Source: Mytilus californianus (taxonomy: Eukaryota). From it: a DNA stretch of 64,000 nt. Positions 24,331 to 38,575 of the stretch are shown here, in pieces. The notes beneath the pieces were generated by a model. It ran no database searches and was not told the origin of the DNA. It was given only the letters and a program-made list of their open reading frames with translations. The stretch spans positions 3,038,001 to 3,102,000 of the forward strand of contig NW_026262673.1 of NCBI RefSeq assembly GCF_021869535.1, written 5' to 3'. Positions within the stretch are counted from its first letter, which is position 1. Every line of letters begins with the position of its first letter. A program made the translations under genes and the position numbers.

Positions 24331-26884
24331 TTCTGGTTTATTCCAGGAAATGATTTTAATTATGGGAGGCCGAGGATAAGAATCCATTTGGAGCCATACG
24401 TGCGAGTAAGGTGACATTTCTTACTGAAGATGGTACTTAGCTTGTAAACTAGGACGTAAAAACTCGGTCAGCATGTCTGTCTAGTACAAAACAGGGTTCA
24501 TATTCATATAACATGTTAATTCTCGTCCTGCATACCTGAAAAAGTATTATTTAATATGACACTTAACGTTAAACATCCACCAATCATCATCATACATTAT
24601 GTAACCTAAGATATATATATATATTTCCATTGTTGATCTTTTTATGCTGTTAGGTTGGAGTCACTATGAAAAGGTTTATCCACATAATAATATAATTTAT
24701 ATTTATCAATATTTAAAAATTAGTTGTTGCATTCTTTCAGTTTTGAACGTTTCTCCAAACATGATAAAGAAAAAGCGCTGCAAACAGATGGCCACAGTAT
24801 GTTAGAATCTATAACATAGGATAAGTGCATGGTATAGATTTTTGACATTTAAAGGGGATGAATTTTCTTAAATCATAGATATAGGAAGATGTGGTATGAG
24901 TGCCAATGAGACAACTCTCCATCCAAGTTACAATTTATAAAAGTAAACCATTATAGGTCAAGGTACGGCCTTCAACACGGAGCATTGGCTCACATCGAAC
25001 AGCAAGCTATAAAGGGCCCCAAAAAATTACTAGACTAAGTGTAAAACCATTCAAACGGGAAAACCAACGGTCTAATCTATATAAAAACGAGAAACGAGAA
25101 ACACGTATGAACTACATAAACAGACGACAACTACTGTAATCAGATTCCTGACTTTGGACAGGTGCAAACATTTGCAGCGGGATTAAACGTTTTAATGGTA
25201 CCAGTTTGCTTGTCTTTTGATGTTTTTCATCATATATGCACCGGCGTAACGATTATGAACTCTATCCCTGTTCGAAATCAAATTAAATGAAATATAACGT
25301 ATATTGACCACATCACGGCCAGAATTCTACGTCACTCGAAAGGATACGTTTTTTAGGATACTATCGCCTCAAAGTAAGTTGCCAAAGTTTTATTCAACTG
25401 AACTTTAAGAAAACTGATTAGTGTATTGATCTCAATTCTACTACTACTAGTATTTAGTTTTTAAACCGTACAGAACTGTTTGTACTTTCGCAAACGCGGC
25501 AGCCCTTTAACTAATAAAATGATAGTGAAAAATAAGCAGACAACGGAAGGATGAAGTAGGACTGATTTATATGCAATGAATAAGAACGGTTTCAGTTGCA
25601 GAGAACTGTGTAAAATTTGTCTGATTAACACACAAGTGGTGTCGTTGTTGGCGATCTACTCTGTTAAACAAAATAATAGGATGAAATAAGTACAAGCTGT
25701 AATTCAATATTCTGTCAATTAAAAAATAAATCGCAAATTACACCCAAATGGGTCAAGCAAAATCACAATGTATAACACAGTAAAAACACAACAGTCAAGA
25801 ATTACAAGTTTAGACATATCAAAAAGAACATGATAGTAACTTTTAATGGTTGTTGTGAGGATGTAAAAATACCTTGACCCGTCCGTTCTGTGTTTTTGTT
25901 AGATGTCTTTCTGCTTTCTATCTTTCTGATGAGTTACGCCCTTTTCAAGTGATTTTCATGGTTTGTTCTTATGCTGTACTGTTACACCAATGTCCCAGTA
26001 TAGGGGAGGGTTGGCGTCTTCAAACTATTTTAACCCCGCCACATTATGTATTTGTCTGTCCCGAGTTAGGAGCATGCAATTCAGTGGTTGCCGTTTGTTG
26101 CTGAATATCATATTTGTTTTTCGCTCACTATTTTGTACATAAATAGGGCCGTTAGTTTTCTCGTTTGAATTTTTTACATTTGTCATTTTGGGGCCTTTTA
26201 TAGCTGACTATGCGGTGTGGGTTTTCCTCATTGTTAAAGGCCGTACGTTGGCCTATAGTTGTTAACTTCTATATCAATTGCTCTCTTGTGGAGAGTTGTC
26301 TCATTGGCGATCATACCACATCTTCTTAATTTTATATGTAACTTCATCATGTTCATTTTCGTAACTCTAAAGATTACTTTTTGTCCTATATGATCGATAA
26401 GCTCTTTGGTCTCGGGCTATATTCTTATGTCTTCCCGTTTCAACTTCTAGGTTATGATCACTACCCTAAATTTAGATATTAACTGTTTGGTTTTAAAACT
26501 TGATTCTTTTAATAAGTAAAAAGTCCTCTTTTTATATCTCAGATTTTATTTGGCTATGAAGAAATAATGTCTGTAATGGACGAAAGTTTTTTCAAGTTCT
26601 TTTTGGTTTGTATATAAAACAGCAAATAGAAAGACGCCCACTAGCTTATACAAGTTGTTACAGCAATTTACCGGTGTAATATTGTGTATCACCATTTAAT
26701 CTTGGCATGTTCAAATGATTAAAATAGTAAGTTAAAACAGTAATCGGATACAGCTTTAATCCAGATCTACACTAAACCAAATCAATAAAGAATTCTTTAT
26801 GTTAAGTATTTACCCCACAATTGAATGATAAGATGTGGATCTGTTGTAATTAGTAATACTATCAGGAAGTAAAAAAGACAAAAG

Positions 26885-27746
26885 ATGTATTCCGCAATAG
26901 TGGCGTCTTTATGTTTCTGTGTGTTGACACCATTGTCTGCACTTCCTGTTGGCTGTACTTACGATTCAACACAAATTCTTTATACTTGTAGTGCAAGAAG
27001 TTGGTCTCTGCCTTTGGCCTACGCTGACTTTGACAGCGTAGAACCACAGCGAATAGTTTTGGAAGAACTATCCGGAACAATAGCAGCAAATACGTTTTCC
27101 GGATTCACGAGTATCAACACAGGAAACTTCGATTCAAAATATGTTCCAAGTCTTTATATGATATGTTATGCAAACTCTGATATTATTCTAGATAGTGCTG
27201 CTTTTACTGATTTCTCCTTTATTGACGAGGTTAAGATTATCGATTGTGGATTACTATCGATTCCATCGGACGTTTTTTCCGGATTTGGCGATGTTAATTT
27301 GTTTCATATCACCGGTGGATCCATAACTAACATGCATCCTGATGGTTTCAAGGGACTAAATGTGAAAAAGATGACCCAATACAGTGAACCACTCGGAGAA
27401 TTCGCCATCATAAACTCACAGGTAGTAGGTAGCACAATGGCAACCGGGGCTCTGTTTAATTTGCTTGAAGTGGAACGAGTGCGCCTTGAACGTGCACATT
27501 TAATGGTGCTGCATGCCGACATGTTTTCTGCTCTAAAAAAGCTGAAGTACATCTCTCTAAATGACAACATAATGACTAAACTAGAGACTAATATGTTTAC
27601 AGGCCTAGATGCATTGTCTCAAGTGGATTTGTATGGAATCAGCTGGTTCTGCACATGCGGGTATCTCTGGTTTATAGAGTATTCCAAAGAAAATAACATT
27701 ACCATTGGCGGGGATATCGTTTGCCAAGACCCAGCTGATTATTTAA
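26885..27746 (+). CDS. LRR-TM paralog 4, exon 1 of 3
   Basis: MYSAIVASLCFCVLTPLSA-LPVGCTYD...YTCSARSWSLPL...LKYISLNDNIMTKL...WFCTC...DIVCQDP; donor A/GTAAGT at 27747. join(26885-27746,28941-29006,33284-33666) = 436 aa. Confidence 0.93.
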
Positions 27747-28940
27747 GTAAGTTCTGATTTCATTCTTCTTTTTTTATGTAGATGTATATTAAAAAAATGC
27801 TATAATATAAGTAATCTTAAAAGAGCCCTGACGTGACGTCATGATATACGTGTATCATTGTTTGACTAAACACGCTAACCATAAACCATAAACTCATCAA
27901 AATGAGGTTGCGATATCTTCGGTAGCACATTTCTGTCCATTTGATAAAACCGATCTGGAATTATCGTATATCATATGAAATTTACATTCTCCTTTTTGAA
28001 ATTCACATGTTTTTTTTAATATCATTTCGTTTCCAAAATGAAAAATCGAAAACATCGCAAGTCAGCTTTTGTCCATCAATTCTTTATTTTACTGTGGTAA
28101 TCTCACGTAAATTGGTCAAAGACAATAAATATTATTTAGTATACGTTGCTTAAAGTTGCTTTTTTTCATAATTATAGTTACACATAACTCCATAATTCAG
28201 AAAAGTGTGCAATTACAAATAAATATTTAAAGTTCGTCAAATGTAGACAATTCGGCCCAAATTTTTTTTTTTATAATGTTAACCTTTATGACGAATTGGC
28301 ACATTCCAACCCAATTTTAAAACAAGGCCCGTAACATCAAAACCGAACCGGGTGTTTTTTCGTCGATTCTCTAAATTGTGCTTAAATTTATTGATAATTA
28401 ACAAGAGCTTATTTGATATATTGCACGTGTTGGGTAACTATGTTATTATAAATTAACGGCAATGATAGCCTTTTCCTCAATTCATCTGTCCGTATCGTAA
28501 ACTTTGATATGTATAATGGCTCGTTTCAAAGCTGAGACCTTTTCTCATATGTGGTAAAATTTTCTGGGTACGAAGTGAGATTCATATCCTGAAAAGCCCT
28601 GTGTGGTGCAGTTTCTTGAGGTAAAAACAAATCCCTTCTTTCACACACAAAAATCTTTGAAAATTCAGTTCTTTGCATACATTAAATAACTCCATAGTTC
28701 TAATAAAATTGGAAATGGGGAATGTATCAAAGAGACAACAATGCCTTTATTCTATGATTCTCTGCTCTTCAATATTAATCTAACACTAAAAGTTATGCCA
28801 TGTTTAAAATTGCAACATGTTGAATAACACAGCAAAGATATTTTTGTCTACATATTATATTTGAGTGCCTCAACTTGTGACACATTAGGGATATCTACTC
28901 GGCTGTGAACGATAGTTTATCAATCAGTTTTCTATTTCAG

Positions 28941-29006
28941 ATAAGAGAGCTACAACATACTACCAGAGCACGTGTGTCGAGTATATCGTATGTGATGGTC
29001 AGATCG
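28941..29006 (+). CDS. LRR-TM paralog 4, exon 2 (66 nt)
   Basis: TCTATTTCAG/ ... /GTAAAT; (N)KRATTYYQSTCVEYIVCDGQI(G). Confidence 0.9.
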
Positions 29007-32000
29007 GTAAATATTATTTGTTCTTCATGCTATGTGACCAGAACCTACGTTTTGTAAAAGATCATTTTTTCGTGAACCCTGAGGGTTCACGCATATATAT
29101 TAATTGATGTTGTAGTCTTTCGGAATACCGGAAATGCCTTCTGTCTTTTCGAAATACATCTGTTCTTTCTATAGCCGCCTGCGTAATAGGTAATTAATTG
29201 ATCTAATGAATATGCATTAGCGTTTTACAGTTGCTATAGAGATAAGTGTTAATCGAGGCGGACTAATATCCTACATCAGTAGTTAATTAAATTAGCGTCG
29301 CATATGTTAAGTTTTCTAAATTACAAGCTGCATGGGGTTCACATTGCAGATTAAGTCACGGTCAATGGATAGGGAGGGCGTTTTAAAACTGAGCCATTTT
29401 AGCGTGATTAAAAAAGAGCAAAATATGTTTAAGCAGCAGTTAAAATTCTACGCCCAGGAAAGATGCGAACAAACAAGAAGTTTCTAAAATTGTTCCTTTT
29501 TCATTTAAAATAGCAAAAATGGAATTATTATTAGAAGTTCATTACTTTAATTGGAAAAATATCGGAACAAACTCTCCTTTATCGTTATCAAAATACAAAT
29601 CAAATTAAATAGAAAATAGATTAAAGAAAAACAAACTGAATTAGAATCGTTGAGATGTGTAAAATGCATATATATAAGATGCTACAATGAAACATTTTAT
29701 TTTTAAGTTATAAATTTTTTTTTAGAGTCATAGATGATATAACGAACTTCCATTTTTAGTAATTTTAAAAAGCTTTATCTTTCTATCAACATATAAATAA
29801 GGAGCAAAAGCAATAACAACAACTCGATGACAGGCAGTTTCATGAGTTGTTTCATTGGCAATCATAACACATCTTCCTCTTTTTATATATACAAATTACC
29901 ATACTTAATCTTATAAAAAAAAATGCAAATTAACCCTGGACATTGCGACAAAATTTGCAAGGTGTGTAAAATACAGAATTTATTGAAACAGTGCATAAAT
30001 GAATATGTGTTGGAGTCCTTATAATAATTCTATTAATATGAACAATTTTCAGACACTATGAGTGATATTCTTTGTGGTATTTGACCCCCCCCCCCCCCCC
30101 CCCCCCCCACCCCAACACACACACCTAACACATACACAAAATATCAGACTAAAAGTTAAAGTAGCAGGTGCACAACTTCATGTCCAACCTGAAGAAGAAT
30201 CAGTGCTAGTTTCTGGGGATTCCGTAAATTTGTTTTCAAGGAGTTGAGGCAATCTGTATTCATAAGCGAATTTAGAGGATCTTTATAAAAATAAGGAGAT
30301 GTGGCATGATTGCAAATGGAACAACTATCCACCAAAGTTAAAAGAAATTGTATATATATGTAATCAATTATAGGAAACCGTACGGCCTTCAACAATGAGA
30401 AAAACCCATACCGTATAGTCGGCTATAAAAGGCCCCGACATGAAAAATATGAAACAATTCAAATGAGAAAAAACGGCCTAATTTATAACAAAATAGTTTA
30501 CCAAAAAACAAATATGACAGACATGAACCAACGACAACCACTGAACTACAGGTTCCTGACTTGGGACAGGCACATAAAGAATATGGCGGGGATGTTTGAG
30601 AGCGCTCAATCCCCCCCTAACCTGGGACAGTGGTGTTACAGCACAACATAAGAACAAACTATAAAAATCAGTTGAAAAATGCTTCACTCATCAGATCGAT
30701 ACAAAGCAGAAAAACATTTAACAAAAACACAGACCGGACTTGGCAGGGTATTTATCGATCCCTCATCCCTAACACAAAGAGGTCTAGAGCGTTTTAAGCG
30801 AAAAAATATGACGATATCTTTAAAAATTAGGCGATACAAAAACATTTGTATTCATAAGCAAAAAATTGCACATCTTAGTAACAAATTATTTATCTTAAAA
30901 TGAATATCCGTATTCAACGGTCATGCGATTGCAAAAACAGGATTTTTAAATTACGTACTGGACATGAGCTATACTGAATTGTTATTCGTGTTTTCTTCTG
31001 TTTGTCACACAATCGTATAAAACAACAAATCAACAACTTCATTATATTTAGGCTAATAAACAAAAGGACAAGTTATGAAATGAAAAAGTGAGATTTGTTT
31101 AAACAAACTAGTTTAAGTATAAAGTTGAGGTTTCAAATTGTTTCTACTCTTAGACTAGATTGGAGTTGTTGCCTTGGTTATAAATAAATTGAGATCAATC
31201 ATATCTTGAATATGATAGCCAATGAACAAACCATATAAACCAGTGTAATTGACACGTGCGCTCTTAGTTTCTGACGATAATTTTCTATCTCAAGCGAGTA
31301 GCATGATATGAAAAATTATCACAAAAAAGATCAAAGGAAAAATACACAAAACAGAGATATAATTATAGTTTGTTCTTATGTTGTACTGTTACACCACTGA
31401 CCCAGATTAGGGGGAGGGTTGGCGCGCCTTCAAACTTCAACCTTGTAATGTTGAAGGCCGTACGGTGACCTATAGTTGTTAGTGTCTGTGTTAATTTGGT
31501 CTCTTGTGGAGAGTTGCCTCATTGGCAATCATACCACATCTTCTTATTTTTATATTATATACCAAACAGCCATTTAGGTTCACGATAACATTTCTTTTTT
31601 TAAAGAAAACAACTTGTTTGTACATTTCTGACAACATTTCAAAAATGTTAACGAAGTTTAAAATATGTACATACAATGTCAAATTAATATAATAGAAAAA
31701 CAAACGATATAGGGTATCCATCTATGACACAAAGTCGGTACATGCACAGCAAAAAAAAAAACACACAAACAGCAATCGTACAGCGCTTTTGTTGCTGTTC
31801 TTCATCTGAAAGTCACAGTAAGATTTCAACACGGAGCAAAAAAACACTTACATCACAGCAAGTTTAGACGGCCCCTTGCACCGGTTTGAGCGGAATTCTT
31901 TGCAAATAATTCGGATGTTTAATTTCTGTTGCCCTTGTTGAAGGTACTAAGACTTCCCAAAGGGATATAGCTCTTGTAAGAATACATTTTTTTTTCAGAA

Positions 32001-32467
32001 TTAAAGTAAAAAAGAGAAAGTGGTCTATCTGTTTTAGCAGGTTGACCATTAATTCATTTCCTATGTAAAATCTACTATTCTCTTGTGTGTGCAATATTTG
32101 AAAACAAGTTCACCTAAGTTTTGCATTATATTAAGAGAGTCACAAATTATGAATTTTATAATTACTATAATTGTGATAATTAATTATGAATTTTATAATT
32201 ACTATTGTGATAATTAATTATGAATTTTATAATTACTATTGTGATAATTAATTTTGAATTTCATAATTTTTAAGAAGTGTTCTTAATAAAATATTATTTT
32301 GCTGTAAAACAGGTGGAAAAAGATACGTTTTCAACTTGATTTTTACGGTTTGTTCTAATGTTGTACTGCTGTATAAAGTAAGAAGATGTGGCATGATTGC
32401 CAATGAGAAAACTATCTACCAACTATCCACCAGTGTCTTAACTACGAGGATGTAAACTACTTTAAGG

Positions 32468-32960
32468 AACCAAACCAGGTTAGGGGAAGGTTAAGGTAAC
32501 CAAACCAGGTTAGGGGAAGGGGAAGGTAACCAAACCAGGTTAGGGGAAGGGGAAGGTAACCAAACCAGGTTAGGGGAAGGTTAAGGTAACCAAACCAGGT
32601 TAGTGGAAGGTTAAGGTAACCAAACCAGGTTAGGGGAAGGTTAAGGTAACCAAACCAGGTTAGGGGAAGGTTAAGGTAACCAAACCAGGTTAGGGGAAGG
32701 TTAAGGTAACCAAACCAGGTTACGGGAAGGTTAAGAAAAAGATAGATAAACCAAGTATTCTGTAATTTATAAGTATTCTGTTACCAAACCAGGTTAGGGA
32801 AAGGTTAAGAAAAAGATAGATAAACCAAGTATTCTGTAATTTATAAGTATTCTGTAACCAAACCAGGTTACGGGAAGGTTAAGAAAAAGATAGATAAACC
32901 AAGTATTCTGTAATTTATAAGTATTCTGTAACCAAACCAGGTTAGGGGAAGGTTAAGAAA
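32468..32960. repeat. 30-bp G-rich minisatellite (~9 copies) followed by compound longer units, in intron 2 of paralog 4
   Basis: AACCAAACCAGGTTAGGGGAAGGTTAAGGT repeated 32468-32735, then interleaved with AAAAAGATAGATAAACCAAGTATTCTGTAATTTATAAGTATTCTGT. Confidence 0.9.
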
Positions 32961-33283
32961 TAGAAAACCAAAGATAGATAAACCAGGTATTCTATATTAA
33001 ACAACTGAAAATGAGAATCTTTTGATTTTCAGTGATAGTAGATATGGCAATTACTATTCGTTCAGATCGTTATATTCTGAACATAGATATGACTCGAGGA
33101 TAGTGAATCCGACAAGCGGTTTACATATTTGATTTTAATATGAAATTGTGATATCTAGTTCTTGTATCAATACTAACTGATTGAAACTAATTGAGAGCTC
33201 AAAGCATATGTTAATTCATTTCGTACATTTTGTACCGCTACATAAACAGTGTTGTTTTACAAATCCGATTGTTGTATCTTCAG

Positions 33284-33666
33284 GTATAGCGATGGGAGGA
33301 AATTGTATGACACTGGTACACATGCTGACCTATGGCTTCACACTGATTGTTTGTATTTTATCATGTGTAGCATTCGGTTTGACTGTCCATTCATACAGGA
33401 AAGCGAAAGCTGCCGGGCTGCTTGAAAAGAACGAAGAACCCAGACAAGGCCGGAAGTTAAGTGGTTCTACTTGGAACAAGATCGATGATGATGGATCAAA
33501 GAGGAAATCCAACAGGGATCCAAACAGGAGACGGAGTGAAAATCAATCAGAACGAAGGCATGACCGACGAACACGCGAACCGTCTGATCCCTCAGAACGA
33601 AGAGTATCACAGAATATCCTTAGATCACCTAGGTCGGATCCGTCGATCCATAATTTTGATTTTTAG
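33284..33666 (+). CDS. LRR-TM paralog 4, exon 3 (TM and Arg/Ser-rich tail)
   Basis: TATCTTCAG/ acceptor; GIAMGGNCMTLVHMLTYGFTLIVCILSCVAFGLTVH-SYRKAK...IHNFDF*; AATAAA at 33845. Confidence 0.88.
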
Positions 33667-33937
33667 CTCTATCTTAAAAATTTAACAACTGAATACAGAT
33701 AATACTTGGAATTTGAAGCTTGATATTTAGCTACGCTAAAACCTTTGTTTTATTTAGTTAATGCATATAAACTATGTTCGTTTCAGTAAATATTTATAAA
33801 TCTATTACGAATCATATGGCATTGCGTTCTTTAATCACCATATGAATAAAATAAAATTTATATCTTGAGTTAATGAGATAGCAAATAAACGACACAGATA
33901 GTCAGAAGACATCTACAATGTACAAAAACTATGCTTA

Positions 33938-35394
33938 TGACCTATAGTTGATAGAGTCTACGTCATTTGGTCTATTGTGGATAATTGTCTCATTGTCAAT
34001 CATATAGATGAAAACATCTACGTCATTTGGTCTCTGGGAGATAATTGTCTCATTTACAATCATATAGATGAAAACATCTACGTCATTTGGTCTGTGGGAG
34101 ATAATTGTCTCATTGGCAATCGTATAGTTGATAGCATCTACGTCATTTGGTCTCTGGGGGATAATTGTCTCATTTACAATCATATAGATGAAAACATCTA
34201 CGTCATTTGGTCTGTGGGAGATAATTGTCTCATTGGCAATCGTATAGTTGATAACGTCTACGTCATTTTGTCACTGGTCGATAATTGTCTCATTGGCTAT
34301 CGTATAGTTGATAACATCTACGTCAATTGGTCTATAGTGGATAATTGTCTCATTGGCAATCATATAGTTGATAGCATCTACGTCATTTGGTCTGTGGGAG
34401 ATAATTGTCTCATTGGCAATCGTATAGTTGATAACGTCTACGTCATTTTGTCACTGGTCGATAATTGTCTCATTGGCTATCGTATAGTTGATAACATCTA
34501 CGTCAATTGGTCTATAGTGGATAATTGTCTCATTGGCAATCATATAGTTGATAGCATCTACGTCATTTGGTCTATAGTGGATAATTGTCTCATTGGCAAT
34601 CGTATAGTTGATAGCATCTACGTCATTTGGTCACTGGGGGATAATTGTATCATTGGCAATCGTATAGATGATAACGTCTACCTCATTTGGTCTCTGGGGG
34701 ATAATTGTCTCATTGGCAATCGTATAGTTGATCATGTCTACGTCATTTGGTCTCTAGTGGATAATTGTCTCATTGGCAATCGTATAGTTGATAGCATCTA
34801 CGTCATTTGGTCTCTTGCGGAAAATTGTCTCATTGGCAATCGTATGGTTGATAACATCTACGTCATTTGGTCTCTGGGGGATTATTGTCTCATTGGCAAT
34901 CATATAGTTGATAGCATCTACGTCATTTGGTCTGGGGGATAATTGTCTCATTGACAATCGTATAATTGATAATATTTACGTCATTTGGTCTCTGGTGGAT
35001 AATTGTCTCATTTGCAATCATATAGTTGATAGCATCTACGTCATTTGGTCTCTGGGGGATAATTGTCTCATTTGCAATCATATAGTTGATAGCATCTACG
35101 TCATTTGGTCTCTGGGGGATAATTGTCTCATTTGCAATCATATAGTTGATAGCATCTACGTCATTTGGTCTCTGGGGGATAATTGTCTCGTTGGCAATCA
35201 TATAGTTGATAACGTCTACGTCATTTGGTCTCTAGTGGATAATTGTCTCATTTGCAAATCGTATAGTTGATAGCATCTACGTCATTTGGTCTCTGGGAGA
35301 TAATTGTCTCATTGGCAATCATATAGTTGATAACGTCTACGTCATTTGGTCTCTGGTGGATAATTGTCTCATTGTCAATCATACCTCATCTTCT
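33938..35394 (-). repeat. 60-bp minisatellite (~24 copies) amplified from the head segment of a family A element
   Basis: Unit TAGTTGATAGCATCTACGTCATTTGGTCTCTGGGAGATAATTGTCTCATTGGCAATCATA is the reverse complement of family A sequence; the array ends in the element terminus ATCATACCTCATCTTCT. Explains ORFs 33977-34942 and 34908-35270. Confidence 0.9.
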
Positions 35395-35759
35395 AGTCGA
35401 CATTCATCGATTTTCTATGTTAAGTTTTGTATCATGTTATTTGTCTTTTGATCGTGTTGAGATTTTTTGTCATGACATTGTCAGTTTTTTTTTCTCGATT
35501 AATGAGTTTGATTTTCAAGTTTGTAGCTTTCGCCTCTTTTGAAAAATGTTCAACACAGTAAAAGAAAAAGTTTCTGAAAAAATACTAGCATAAAAACACC
35601 ATGAAGAAGTTCTGAAAGAAATTATCCATAAAGGCAACATTAAGCCATTATCCAGACTTAAGATATACATACAAATAAATTCAACCAAATGTATTGTACA
35701 CAAGTCTTACAAAAAGAGCATGCGAAAAATGTAGAAAAAACATAGGAAATCAACCGAAA

Positions 35760-38575
35760 TCAATATACATATAAAACATGGCCATACGAATACATCTTAA
35801 ACATGGCCAAACGAATACATCTAAAACATGGCCAAACGAATACATATAAAACATAGCTAAACGAATACATATAAAACGTGGCCAAACGAATACATAAAAA
35901 ACATGGCCAAACGATTACATGTATAAAATTGCCAAACGAATACATACGAAACATTGCCAAACGAATACATATAAAACATGGCCAAATGAATACATATAAA
36001 ACATTGCCAAACGAATACATATAAATCATGACCAACCGAATTCATATAAAACATGGCCAAAAGAATACATATAAAACATGGCAAAACGAATACATATAAG
36101 ACATGGCCAAACGAATACATATAAAACATGGCCAAACGAATACATACAAAACATGGCCAACCGAATACATATAAAATATGGCCAAACGAATACATATAAG
36201 CATGGCCAAACGAATACATATAAAACATGGCCAAACTAATTCATATAAAACATGGCCAAATGAATACATATAAAACATGGCCAAACGAATACATATAAAA
36301 CATGGCCTAACAAATACATAAAAAACATGGCCAAACGAATACATATAAAACATGGCCAAACGAATACATATAAAAATGGCCAAACGAATACATACAAAAC
36401 ATGGCCAAACGAATATATATAAAACATGGCCAAACGAATACATACAAGCATGGCCAAACGAATACATATAAAACATGGCCAAACGAATACATATAAAACA
36501 TGACCAAACGAATACATATAAAACATGGCAAAACGAATACATATAAATCATGACCAAAACGAATAGATATAAAACATGACTAAAACGAATAGATATAAAA
36601 CATGGCCAAACGAATACATATAAAACATTGCCAAACAAATGCATATAAAACATGGCCAAACGAATAGATATAAAATATAGTCAAACGAATGCATATAAAA
36701 AATGGCCAAATGAATACATATAAAACATGGCCAAACGAATACATATAAAACATGGCAAAACGAATACATATAAGACATGGCCAAACGAATACATATAAAA
36801 CATGGCCAAACGAATACATACAAAACATGGCCAACCGAATACATATAAAACATGGCCAAAACGAATAGATATAAAACATGACTAAAACGAACAGATATAA
36901 AACATGGCCAAACAAATGCATATAAAACATGGCCAAACGAATAGATATAAAATATAGTCAAACGAATGCAAATAAAACATGGCCAAATGAATACATATAA
37001 AACATGGCCAAACGAATACATATAAAACATGGCAAAACGAATACATATAAGACATGGCCAAACGAATACATATAAAACATGGCCAAACGAATACATATAA
37101 ATCATGGCCAACCGAATACATATAAAACATGGCCAAACGAATACATATAAGCATGGCCAAACGAATACATATAAAACATGGCCAAACGAATTCATATAAA
37201 ACATGGCCAAATGAATACATATAAAACATGGCCAAACGAATACATATAAAACATGGCCAAATAAATACATAAAAAACATGGCCAAACGAATACATATAAA
37301 ACATGGCCAAACGAATACATATAAAAATGGCCAAACGAATACATACAAAACATGGCCAAACGAATATATATAAAACATGGCCAAACGAATACATACAAGC
37401 ATGGCCAAACGAATACATATAAAACATGGCCAAACGAATACATATAAAACATGACCAAACGAATACATATAAAACATGGCAAAACGAATACATATAAATC
37501 ATGAACAAAACGAATAGATATAAAACATGACTAAAACGAATAGATATAAAACATGGCCAAACGAATACATATAAAACATTGCCAAACAAATGCATATAAA
37601 ACATGGCCAAACGAATAGATATAAAATATAGTCAAACGAATGCATATAAAACATGGCCAAATGAATACATATAAAACATGGCCAAACGAATACATATAAA
37701 ACATGGCAAAACGAATACATATAAATCATGACCAAAACGAATAGATATAAAACATGACTAAAACGAATAGATATAAAACATGGCCAAACGAATACATATA
37801 AAACATTGCCAAACAAATGCATATAAAACATGGCCAAACGAATACATATAAAATATAGTCAAACGAATGCATATAAAACATGGCCAAATGAATACATATA
37901 AAACATGGCCAAACGAATACATATAAAACATGGCCAAACAAATACATAAAAAAACATGGCCAAACGAATACATATAAAACATGTCCAAACGAATACATAT
38001 AAAACATGGCCAAACGAATACATACAAAACATGGCCAAACGAATATATATAAAACATGGCCAAACGAATACATATAAAACATGGCCAACCGAATGCATAT
38101 AAAACATGGCCAAACGAATACATATAAAACATGACCAAACGAATACATATAAAACATGGCAAAACGAATACATATAAATCATGACCAAAACGAATAGATA
38201 TAAAACATGACTAAAACGAATAGATATAAAACATGGCCAAACGAATACATATAAAACATTGCCAAACAAATGCATATAAAACATGGCCAAACGAATACAT
38301 ATAAAATATAGTCAAACGAATGCATATAAAACATGGCCAAAAGAATACATATAAATCATGATCAAACGAATACATATAAAACATGGCCAAAACGAATAGA
38401 TATAAAACATGGCCAAACGAATACATATAAAACATTGCCAAACGAACGCATATAAAACATGGCCAAACGAATACATATAAAATATAGTCAAACAAATGCA
38501 TATAAAACAATGGTCAAACGAATACATATAAAACATGGCCATAACGAATGTATATAAAACATGGCTAAACGAAAA
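35760..38575. repeat. 25-bp satellite array (~110 copies) with higher-order duplication
   Basis: Unit AAAACATGGCCAAACGAATACATAT; the diagnostic variant CATACAAGCATGG recurs at 36441 and 37392 (951 bp apart). Source of the many spurious MFYMYSFGHVL ORFs. Confidence 0.95.

Noticed and set aside
25920-25950. Other CTGATGA heptamers (e.g. ~8512, ~25926, and minus strand near 7920, 16730, 30690, 46090)
   Set aside because: No downstream stem II plus GAAA and NUH with a pairing stem I, so not hammerheads.
33977-35270. 321-aa and 120-aa ORFs that look like repeat proteins
   Set aside because: Produced by the 60-bp transposon-derived tandem array; frameshifted mid-array.
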